Of a DNA stretch of 64,000 bases, positions 23,701 to 33,225 are shown in pieces. The stretch comes from Psammoneis japonica. Taxonomy: Eukaryota. Under the pieces are notes generated by a model, which saw only the letters and a list, made by a program, of their open reading frames with translations, made no database searches and had not been told where the DNA came from. Position 1 is the first letter of the stretch. Each line of letters opens with the position of its first letter. Both the position numbers and the translations under genes were made by a program. Where the stretch lies: contig QPGO01000005.1 in NCBI GenBank assembly GCA_008632985.1, positions 1 through 64,000 of the forward strand. Reading direction: 5' to 3'.

Positions 23701-26700
23701 GTCTTACCATCCAGGGTGCCAGTCCGGTTGCGTGGGTGTTCACAACGCCGAGTGGGGCTACCATCCAACTGAACACCATGGCATGCCACGTCCCTGGAGC
23801 CCGTCAGCGCCTGCCATCGCCTCAACGCCTCTTCAACGAAGAGAAGGGGGTACGTGGGAAGTGTGAGGGCGATGAAACCACTTTCCGTTTACATGTTGAC
23901 GGGACAGGCAAGTTGGTCGTGCCATGTCATCCATCAAGCCACTCACCCATTGCGTCGATGACCAAGGGCGCATCTGCCGCTCCTCAAGTGAACCTTCAGA
24001 TCCTTGACGAGGAGAATCAAAACCTCACGGCAGGCCAAAAGCTTCTTCTCGAAATGCACGCCCGTTTTGGCCATTTGAACTTTGGTCGCGTCCAAGCACT
24101 TCTCCGCGCAGTTCCGTTCCTTTCGAACCGTTTCAAGTCCGCAGCGAAGTGTGACCACCCAAGATGCGAGGCATGCGAGTGTGCTAAAGGTCACAGACGC
24201 TCTCTTGGATCTACTCACAAGTCGACAGTCCCTGAACACGACGGGGCCCTTCGAGCTGACCATCTTCGACCGGGTCAGGCTGTCAGCGTTGATCATTTTG
24301 AGTCGCGCCTTTTAGGCCGCACCTTCGACTCTTATGGCACAGCCACGTCCAAGCAATTCAAGGGCGGTTGTATCTTTGTCGACCACGCCTCTGGCTATGT
24401 CCAGGTCGAGCACCAACTAGGTTTCTCCGCTGTTGAGACGATCCGCGCGAAGCAAGCGTTTGAGAAACATGCTTTGGACCACGGGGTCATCGTCCAAGAA
24501 TTTCTTGCCGATGGTGGCGCTTTCAAGGCCAACGCTTTTGTACAACATGTGCGAGAACATGAACAACGTCTCCGTTTTTGTGGAACCAACGCCCATCATC
24601 AGAACGGCATCGCAGAGCGGGGTGTCCGCAGCATCTCCAACATGGCGAGAGCGATGTTGCTTCATGCATCAATCCACTGGAAGGGGGGAATTGACAGCTC
24701 CCCATGGCCCATGGCAGTTTCTTGTGCCACGTGTGTCTACAATGTCACCCCAACTTCCAAAGGACATTGCCCAGCGGACATTTTCACCGGCTCGACAGTG
24801 CCAAGACATCGGTTGCGCGACATTCACACATGGGGATGTCCAGCGTGCGCACTTGACCCGACCCTCGCTTCCGGGAAGAAGCTCCCACGTTGGGAGCCTC
24901 GCACTTGTCGCGCTTTGTTCGTGGGACTCAGTGCCATCCATTCCAGTGAGGTTCCTTTGGTCCTCAATTTTCAAACTGGAAGTGTCACACCTCAGCATCA
25001 TGTGGTCTTTGACGATCTCTTCACTGCCGTCCCATCAATCGAGAGGGAGACGGATCCACCTGATCACTGGGAACACTTGTGCCTCAACCAATCAACATGC
25101 ATCCCTCTGGAGAAGGATCAGGCAGTTCATTTGCACGATGAGTGGCTCACCCCTCCAGAGCGTCAATGTAAAGAACGAGAACTAGCCAGAGCAACACGCA
25201 TTCGCGGGCATTTTGAGCCTGCTCCATCGATTGCTGTGCCGGATTCACCCACTTCTCGCGACGACGTCACCGATCGAGTCGCACCTGCGACTCAGCAGCC
25301 AACGCCACCAGTCCCACCTGCGACTCAAACTCCCACAGACTCTACGGACTCTACACCAATTCAGCCACCTGAACCTCAAGACAGTGACGGACTTCCGCCA
25401 CCCGAAGCGCCGACGGAACCAACAGCTCCTCCCCCAGTCGAGACACCTCCCATGACGAATCCAGAGGGAGTGCCAGGGCTGCGACGGTCTTCACGGTCAA
25501 CCAAGGGACAGTTCAACTCTGCCAAGTTTGTAGATGAGGTCTGCTTCAGCTCCGTCGAGGAAATGCCGCTGCCGATCGGACACGAGGCTCAACCAGCGTA
25601 TCTGGTGACTCTCGAGACGGATTTGGACAGTGGTGCCATCAATGTCGGCGATCCACGAGCCCACGCAGCTAGCAAGAAAACCAAGGACCCTGACATGCCT
25701 TCGTCACACAATGCTCTGAAAGGTCCGGACGCCGACGAATGGATCAAGGCGATGAAAATTGAAGTCAACGCACTCATGCATCGTCGAGCCTGGAAAGCAG
25801 TCGAGCGTCAGCCGCATGTGAATGTACTTCCAGGCACATGGGCACTAAAGCTCAAGAGACTCCCAGATGGAACCCCTCTCAAGCACAAGGCCCGATGCTG
25901 CATCCGCGGTGATTTGCAGAAAGAAGGAGTCGACTGCTTCGAAACCCACGCACCGGTTGTGCAATGGTCCAGCATCCGACTCATGCTCACTGCGGCATTA
26001 AAGGAGGGATGGACTGCATGACAGGTGGACTGTGCCACAGCCTTTTGCCAAGCTGACATCGCCGAGGAAGTTTGCACAACACCGCCGAAGGGATTTGCGC
26101 CAAGGTCGGGATTTCTCAAACTTTTGAAAGGACCATGCGGCCTAAAGCTGTCTCCCAAGGGCTTCTACGAGAAGTTGCGAGCTGGTTTAACCGAGCGCGG
26201 ATGGGTGCCTTCAGCCATAGATCCCTGTTTGTATTTCAAAGAGGGCATGATGTGTGTGGTGCACGTCGACGACACCGTTTTTGCTGGAGCTTCAGCTGAA
26301 GCTCTAGAAGCCGAAATTTGCAAGTTAGGAGTCTCCGACGACGAACATCGCCACGCATTTGAACTTAGAGACGAAGGAGAAGTCGGCAACTTTCTCGGCA
26401 TCAAGATCAAAAAGCTCTCCAAGGGTCGATTTCTACTCACTCAACCCGGTCTAATTGACAAGGTCCTGCGCACCGCACAGATGCAGGATTGCAATGGAGC
26501 ATCTGCTCCAGCTCCACCTGCGGCCATTGGTGCCGACACAGACGGCCTGCCTTTTGATGAACCCTGCGATTGTCGCTCAGTTGTTGGAATGTTGATGTGC
26601 TTGGCAGCGAACAGCCGGCCAGACATTGCACATGCCACACATCAAGCAGCTCGATTCTCGTTTGCACCCCGAGCGTCCCACGCTGCTGCAGTGAAGCGGA

Positions 26701-27350
26701 CACTCCGACACCTCAAAGCAACTGCTGCTGAAGGTCTCATTCTCAAGCCTGCGCAAGATCATCGAGTTGATTGTTGCGTCGATTCTGACTTCGCGGGGTC
26801 ATTTGGTGTGGAAGATGGTCAAGACCCAGTTTCTGTCAAGTCCAGGACTGGATGCCTTGTCTGCTGCGCCGGCTGCCCGCTTGTCTGGGTGTCCAAGCTA
26901 CAGACTCTTGTGGCATTGTCGACTGTGGAAGCGGAATGTGTCGCACTTTCTCAAGCCATGCGCGATCTCATCCCTGTTCGTGAAGTTCTCAAGGAGCTCA
27001 ACCACCACGCATTCGGAAAGTCTGACCGCCAAAACCCAATCACGACTCACTCCAAGGCTTTTGAGCTCGCAACCCAAGGCACCGATGACTCGCCTGTAGA
27101 GCAGAATGTCCCACCTGCGTCCGTTGTGTGCGAAGATAACTCCGCGTGCCTCAAGTTCGCACGTGTGCCCAAGTTGTCTCTGCGAACCAAACACATCGGT
27201 ATCCCGCACCACTGGTTTAGGACTAAAGTCGAACAATTGGAGATCGACATCCAACCCATCAGCACTCTAGAGCAACTGGCCGATCAGTTCACGAAGGGAC
27301 TGCGGACCGATGCGTTCCGTGCGGCTAGAAAGGCTCTCATGGGCTGGTGA
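20769..27350 (+). pseudogene. Copia gag-pol polyprotein, one in-frame stop and numerous Tyr->Cys/His substitutions
   Basis: Zn knuckle CCGCGLEGCTKKTC, protease MDAGAT, integrase HARFGH...CEAC, VSVDH and QNGIAER, RT KARCCIRGD and VVHVDD, RNase H DSDFAG/EAEC/EDN/ADQFTK. The two long ORFs are in one frame, split by TGA at 26019-26021 (likely from CGA). Confidence 0.95.
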
Positions 27351-27371
27351 GCTCTCTCGGTTGAGAGGGAG

Positions 27372-27605
27372 AGTCACGACTCAACGTCATTCTGGTCGCA
27401 TCTCACGACTGCAACCCAGACTCAGATTTTCTCTTCGAAATGATTAGCTCATCACAAAATCGATTCAAACAGAAGCAACGACATTCGTCATGATTTCTAG
27501 ACAACGACTTTCAACAAGCGTCTGTTTACCTCTGTCGCCATTCACATTGCTGCCAACCTCCGAGGTCTTGTCCATCCCACTCAGCTGCAGGACTGCATCT
27601 CGACT
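27372..27605 (+). repeat. 3' LTR (234 bp)
   Basis: Follows the polypurine tract; followed by TSD CACCA. Confidence 0.95.
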
Positions 27606-28855
27606 CACCAGCCTTGGCATGGGATGTCTCTGTGGCTGCCATCTCTTGGCTTTTGAAGGAGTTCATTGGCACACTCAGCAAACTGTTCTTGGGTTGGCTG
27701 TTGGCAGCTGGGCTTGCATGGTGGTGACCAGGGTTGACAACAGGTTTGCCCCCCAGCAGCAGAAGGCATGGTCATTGCTTTGGCCAACAACCCACCAAGT
27801 TTGTCGCACACTTCGTCATCATGTCATGAGATGACTGCCCCCCCCCCTTCTTACGTTGAAGGGCATGGGCTCATTTGTCACAGTTGTGCAAAGTGCAGCA
27901 GGCAGGAGAGTGGCTGCAGAAATGCAAAAAACAACATGGCCCGCACTCAAAATGGGCTGTCATTTTTCGCACCACCTGGGGCTGGAATGTGCTGCATGTT
28001 GGGTGGAGAGTTTGCAGCCGCCACACTTGTCACATGTCTCAGGTGGATCAGGAGGCTCATGGCCAAGTCTCAACAAACAAAGGGCATCTTGGAACTCTTG
28101 ATGTGAGAGCTTGGCGCCATTTGGCGCTTCTGCGTCTCAGTGCCCAGGCCATTTTGTTGGGTGGAGTGCTGAGGAGATCAACTTGAGTGCATCTCCTCAT
28201 GCAGCTTGGCTCTTTCCTTTTGACCATTTCCCACTTCACTGTGCCAAAAATGTCCTTGCAGACAGCCAAGGTGAGTTCAGCACAGCCACAAAGTGAGCCA
28301 ATCACGCAAGAACATGCGAGGGTGCTTTTTGCGTCAAAGTTTTGCTTTGTTGGCTGCACTGGACAAGGGATTGACAGCCATGCAAATTTGATTGGGAGGG
28401 CAGACAAGACTGCTCTTGGGTTTTGTTGTCTGCCAAGGTCTTGCCAAACAGCGCTGCCCTCTTCGACATCAGCGAGCACGACTTGCAGCCCTTGGCCACT
28501 TTGCAGGCGCTGCCACTCTCGTGTTGTGGGGGCTTCTGCACACTGTGCTCCATGGGTGGCACCACATCACCATTTGGGATGAATCTTGAGCAACCAAGGT
28601 CCATGCATTGGATTTCTCCGCCACCCAGCAGCCAAAAGCTTGGGGTGGCAATTGAGCTCCGCACACACCAGCGGTGGTTCCCATCACAAGCTCAATGGCT
28701 TTTTGCCTCCTCAGCTGACAGGGGTTGTTCATGTGTGTGTGGCAGGCACAGTTTTGTTTTGGCAGCAGCAAGTTTGAAGCAAGTGTCGAACCATCACTGT
28801 GGTTCGATTTTCTGCCCGAGTGGGGCCATGGGCTGGTGTGTGTTGAAACACCCGT

Positions 28856-29120
28856 GATGGCGTCATCGCGAAGTGGCGACATCCAAGGATGGCCGCGTCA
28901 TCACGAAGCGGCGACACCAAGGATGGCGTCATCACGAAGCGGGCGGGGCGCGACGTTGCATCCGCGCGGCAGGATGGCATGCATCGCATCACGAAGCTTT
29001 ATGTATTGCCTGCATCTCATCAGCTAGCTCGCGGCATCCAGGTACTGTAGCATAATAGAGGATGGCGTCAACACGAAGCGGCGACATCCAACTGCTTCGC
29101 ATTGACGTCATCACGAAGCA
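28856..29120 (+). repeat. Cluster of ~6 imperfect GATGGCGTCATCACGAAGCGGCGAC repeats
   Basis: Copies at about 28856, 28888, 28922, 28973, 29061 and 29105, irregularly spaced. Confidence 0.8.
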
Positions 29121-29431
29121 ATGCAACTCTTCATTTTCCTTGTGTTGATTTCTTTTCGCTCTTAATTGTAGAATCATCATACGATGCGGCGTAGGCCCTA
29201 CTGTACTGTACGTCGAAGCTTCGCGTGATGCTTTCGCCACTGATTGGCTCTCACAAAATTCAAAATTTCAAGTCCAGTAGAGAGGTGCGTCCCGTCAAAA
29301 CAGATTTGCAAACTTCTGTTGAGGTGTTGGCTTCTCTTTGTGCTGTTTTGTACCTCTGTCCCTCTCCTTTTTTGCGCCGCCTCACCCTTTTGTCATCTCC
29401 GTTCCCTTTTTTCACGTCTCAGACTGTCGAG

Positions 29432-29745
29432 ATGAAGATTGCTTCTGCTCTCCTCCTTGTTGCTGCCTTGCTTGCTGCCCTGCTCTCTCCAGCTCATGCA
29501 GGGGCTCATGGCACCCGTGGCACGAAAACGAGAAGCGTCAACTCCAGACTAACGGTCAGTGTTTGAAATTTTGCAAGGCTATCATCCAGGCGGCTGTAAC
29601 CGGCGCTTGTTTCGGCAACTGTGGCCAGGTGTGCAGTCTATTTGTACCTCCGGGGCCCGATCGCGGAGCATGTACCAGCGCATGCGCAGATGGATTCCCC
29701 AGCGCTGCAAGTGCTTGCAACGAGTTTTTCTGCAGCCAGTCCTAG
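29432..29745 (+). CDS. Small secreted Cys-rich pre-pro-peptide (needs one extra base near 29522)
   Basis: Signal peptide MKIASALLLVAALLAALLSPAHA in one frame; ENEKRQLQTNGQCLKFC...CNEFFCSQS* (RxL motif, 9 Cys) in the adjacent frame. Confidence 0.65.
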
Positions 29746-30294
29746 CTTTGTGCCGACAAAATGCAGAAATGTGTGTGAAAAGATGAGCCTTGTGCCGACA
29801 AAACCCAGAAAAAGTAAAAGATGAGCCTTCGTGCCTTGACAAAAAAAAAAAAAAAGAGTCCAAGTTTTCTGCTAGTTAACGAGGCGCTATAGTACTTTCC
29901 GCCTTGACATACCCGAGTATTTGATTCTGTGTAGCAAAGATTTTTTTCTGTTGCGGATATGAAGCTCGCTCCACGACAGCAACGTCATGTCACCACAGCT
30001 CGGCACTGTGTCGCAAGTCGTAACGCTGCGCCTTGACGTTCGAATCAAAGTGCTTCAACAGATTTTGGTCAAATTCGAGAGCTTAAGTGACATCCAATAA
30101 AAATGCTATTAACTCGAGGACGATTAGCAAAAGTTGATGGTGTAATTGGCTCTATCGTTGCTTCCCAACTTCAAAAACACTGAGAGCTGATCTGAGCACT
30201 GGGAAACCCACGCGGCGCGGATGTTCGCGCGTTTGATGGGTGGCGGAGCACCGGAACACCGAACTCGCGAACGAGCTGGAGGCTGGAGCTGACC

Positions 30295-31473
30295 ATGACG
30301 GCTTCCGCAGCGTTGCGAAATCGAATAGCATCGCTTCAGTATGGACATCCGCTTATATCGATGCATCCTTATACTGGTAGAATGTTGAGTGGCTGTTGTC
30401 CCCTAAAGCCTCGTTGGACAACTTTTGAGATGAAAAGAAAGGTGTCGTCGACATCGGGAGGTAGAATACAGAAGCATGCGCTCTCAAGAAAAGAAAGACG
30501 GGCGCGAGAACGGAGGAGAGGAAAGAAAAGCGATCGCATAACGACGACTGATTCGTCATCGTCTGTGAATATGACGAAGCAGCGACAATCATGGAGAGAC
30601 AGACTCAAGCAGTTTTCTCGACGCTTGTATCCAGCGTTGAAAAGACCAGGTGGAGAGAACGGTTATTACAAACGAGAACATGTAGTTGCAATGCTAAAGA
30701 GATTTCCAATATGGGCTGGACTGGTGCTGTTCGCGACGCTCGATGAGACTTCACCGTTTGTAATTGATGAAGCCGGCGGGCCTAGTATGTTGCCTACAAT
30801 ATTTCCAATTGACGATCTTTTTCTGAGAAACACCTTGGCGTGGCATAGGCTGTTGGGATGGCACTGCAATTATCAAGTTGGAGACGTAGTAGTCTGGAGA
30901 AATCCAGAGACTCAAATGTACTCCTGTAAAAGAATAGTGGGACTGGAGAGTAAGAAATCAGTATTGAATTCGAGGTTAAGGCAGCCGTGTCAAACAACAG
31001 GTTGTTTTCTCACGTGACTTTCAATGTTTGCCCGGGCAGATCAAACGGTATTGCGATACGGAGAGTTTGTAGAGCTATACAAGGATCGACCAGATCTTGG
31101 AATTCACTGGCCTTTTGATGATATGACCGCTGGAGGGGTGAAAGTTGTGAGCTCCGAGTGGGATGCGACGGCAGAGAACGGAGACAATGCCGACAAATGC
31201 ATGAGTACGTATGTGGTGCCGCAAGGGCACGTTTGGTTGGAGGGTGACGCCCCATTGTGCTCGATAGATTCGCGTCACTACGGTCCAGTCCCTGTGGACT
31301 TGCTTCGAGGTCGTTTGATCTTTCGTTTGTGGCCTCTTTGGCGAGCTCCAGATGTGTACGGCTCCTCAGGTCTGTTTCTTCAACGAGAACGACCCCTGCC
31401 GCTATCAACAGAACAAATGTTGCAAGATGGACGGTACAAGCTCTACAAGCGACCTCACCCCCAACTTCCGTAG
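30295..31473 (+). CDS. IMP1: Mitochondrial inner membrane peptidase subunit (S26 family, IMP1-like), 2 exons
   Basis: GPSMLPT (catalytic Ser), KRIVGL (Lys), VPQGHVWLEGD...DSRHYGPVP. GT-AG intron 30950-31039 joins the frames. Start codon uncertain. Confidence 0.88.
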
Positions 31474-31545
31474 TTCAAAGTCAACACACGTCTTCTGTTT
31501 ATGCACGACTAGTCTAGTTAAGGAAATTACATGAAGTTTGGAGAC

Positions 31546-32613
31546 CTACGACTTATCTACCGACTCACAAGCTGCCCGCTTTCCCAAATGGTTCTTCTGG
31601 ATTCGGATGGGTGGTGGTTCATCCCTGGTATCGGTGCTCTTGCCAAAGAGCTTTTTCTGCTCTCGCATGACTGCTTTGAGAGTTGCGACCCTCTTTTCCT
31701 GTTTCTCGATCTTTTGTTTAATGTATTCAGTTGCATGTTCACTTTCCGCATCCTCTAGACCCAACTTGGCATCGTGCAAACGTTCCTGGTGATAACTAAT
31801 ATTTTCAGCAAAAATGGCCATGTATTCCTCGAATGAACCACAGTAGAGATCTTTCCTCTGTAAATGAACTGAAGACTGAATGGCGGCCTTGATCGCGTCA
31901 ATCCGCAGTTTCAAGTCATTTGTCAAGCACGAAACGTCGTCAAGTCGTTCCAAACTGCGCATAATGAACGATAAGGATCGCTCAAACAGTAGAGAGAGGT
32001 TGAGACGATCGGCCAACTCGCAAAGCGAAGAGCAATTGTCCGAATCAATCGATCTGACCAAAATGTTCACCATGGCATCCAAAACTGGAAGGCACTGAAC
32101 GTAATGCGCAATCTCGCAGCATGCAACCACAAAGTCACACGAAACGTCCTCACTGCTTTTCTTCTTCAAGACGAGGTCAACAAACTCTCGCACTGCTTCC
32201 AATTCAAACGACTCCAACGAAAAGTGGAGGTGACTTTTATTCTCTGGCTTTCCAGAGCGAAACAGTTCTCGCGAAGAAGCGAGTGCATAAATCGTATCAC
32301 ACGCCTCTGCGATGGGTCTCAGTGGTAGATACGGTACGGTTCCTGTCGAGGTTTGAAAGTCAATTGTATCGGCCTTCAAAGTATCCAAAAAGCTCTGCCT
32401 CCTCTTTTCATCCCCACTCGGATCTTGCTCAAAAATGGACGCATGGACCTCCCTCTGATACTTCTTGGCATCTTCTACTCGTTTCTGAGCCAACTTGTAC
32501 CCTTCCTCGCTGAGTTCGTTCGGGTCAAGATCTTCCAACCCATGCGTCTGCACGTAATGATCCAAGTCCTGGATCAACCGATGACCATCTCCGTTCTCCT
32601 GCTGCTCGTTCAT
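31546..32613 (-). CDS. BTB/BACK-like domain protein with C-terminal coiled coil
   Basis: Intact ORF. The stretch FELEAVREFVDLV...CEIAHYVQC...IDSDNCSSLCELADRLNLSLL has the BTB-BACK pattern. ATG at 32613. Confidence 0.7.
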   Translation of the reverse strand: MNEQQENGDGHRLIQDLDHYVQTHGLEDLDPNELSEEGYKLAQKRVEDAKKYQREVHASIFEQDPSGDEKRRQSFLDTLKADTIDFQTSTGTVPYLPLRPIAEACDTIYALASSRELFRSGKPENKSHLHFSLESFELEAVREFVDLVLKKKSSEDVSCDFVVACCEIAHYVQCLPVLDAMVNILVRSIDSDNCSSLCELADRLNLSLLFERSLSFIMRSLERLDDVSCLTNDLKLRIDAIKAAIQSSVHLQRKDLYCGSFEEYMAIFAENISYHQERLHDAKLGLEDAESEHATEYIKQKIEKQEKRVATLKAVMREQKKLFGKSTDTRDEPPPIRIQKNHLGKRAACESVDKS

Positions 32614-33225
32614 GGCAGGCCCTACAACGTCAAAACTGAGCGCAACAACGTCAACACGCACACTCAAACACTAAACACAACAAGCTCTTCGAAATTCTGA
32701 GGAGTGCCCTCGGGCGGATTTTCAGTTTTCAGGGAGTCAGTCGAGTGGTTCCAAATTTTAGTGTGAATATTCATGCGTGCATACATAGTCTACATCATGT
32801 ATATATCATATGCGCTATGTCAGTGCCTTAAATTGGCGGCCTGTCCATAGTACGGTTCGGAGGTGGTCGGTCTGTGAAGTGAGCCTCAAATCTAATCTTT
32901 GTTGGTCCTGTTGTCTCAGACGACGACTCTCTCTCTATTGTCTATCGTCGAATGATAGAAGTAGTACAAACTCTAGAAGCTTACCTGCATCGTCCAACCA
33001 CTACGAGGAAACGACTTCTAACTCCGTGTAGGGATTGAGTCGGAAGGTGAAACATAGTCTGAATCACTCTCGCTAGCGAGAATCTGACAAACAACAACCT
33101 TTCATCAGCTGTGCTGTCACAAACGCCAGCGCACTAAGAAGTATCAGAATGATGATGGTGTGAGCGACCATTCCCATGACGAACCGCTGCACTTCTAGGA
33201 CTATACCCCTGGTAGCGAATCTATT

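Larger units (their letters stand above)
20373..27605 (+). mobile_element. Full-length Ty1/copia (CoDi-like) LTR retrotransposon, inactivated
   Basis: Two 234-bp LTRs, 5-bp target-site duplication CACCA (20368-20372 and 27606-27610), polypurine tract GAGAGGGAG before the 3' LTR, domain order gag-PR-IN-RT-RNaseH. Confidence 0.97.
16170..28990. other. Hypermutated repeat-derived domain B, containing the nested copia element
   Basis: Flanks 16.2-20.37 kb and 27.61-28.85 kb lack almost all TA and most CG. The copia inside lacks most TA but keeps CG. Edges approximate. Confidence 0.88.

Noticed and set aside
26019..26021. Programmed readthrough or selenocysteine at the TGA in pol
   Set aside because: It lies inside RT where Arg (xRQVD) is expected; CGA->TGA is simpler.
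20769..27350. Alternative genetic code (TGY/CAY read as Tyr)
   Set aside because: Host genes in the window use TAY at conserved Tyr positions, and non-coding LTRs and TIRs show the same changes.
20373..27605. ADAR-type RNA editing or RT error as the cause of A->G
   Set aside because: Changes occur on both strands, differ between the two LTRs, and also affect a DNA transposon, a MITE and a gene copy.
1..28990. Classical fungal RIP or CpG deamination alone
   Set aside because: RIP creates TpA from CpA/TpG, whereas TpA is lost here. CpG decay cannot turn TAY into TGY or CAY.
28856..29120. CRISPR array
   Set aside because: Repeats are degenerate and irregularly spaced, have no uniform spacers or cas genes, and lie in a eukaryotic context.
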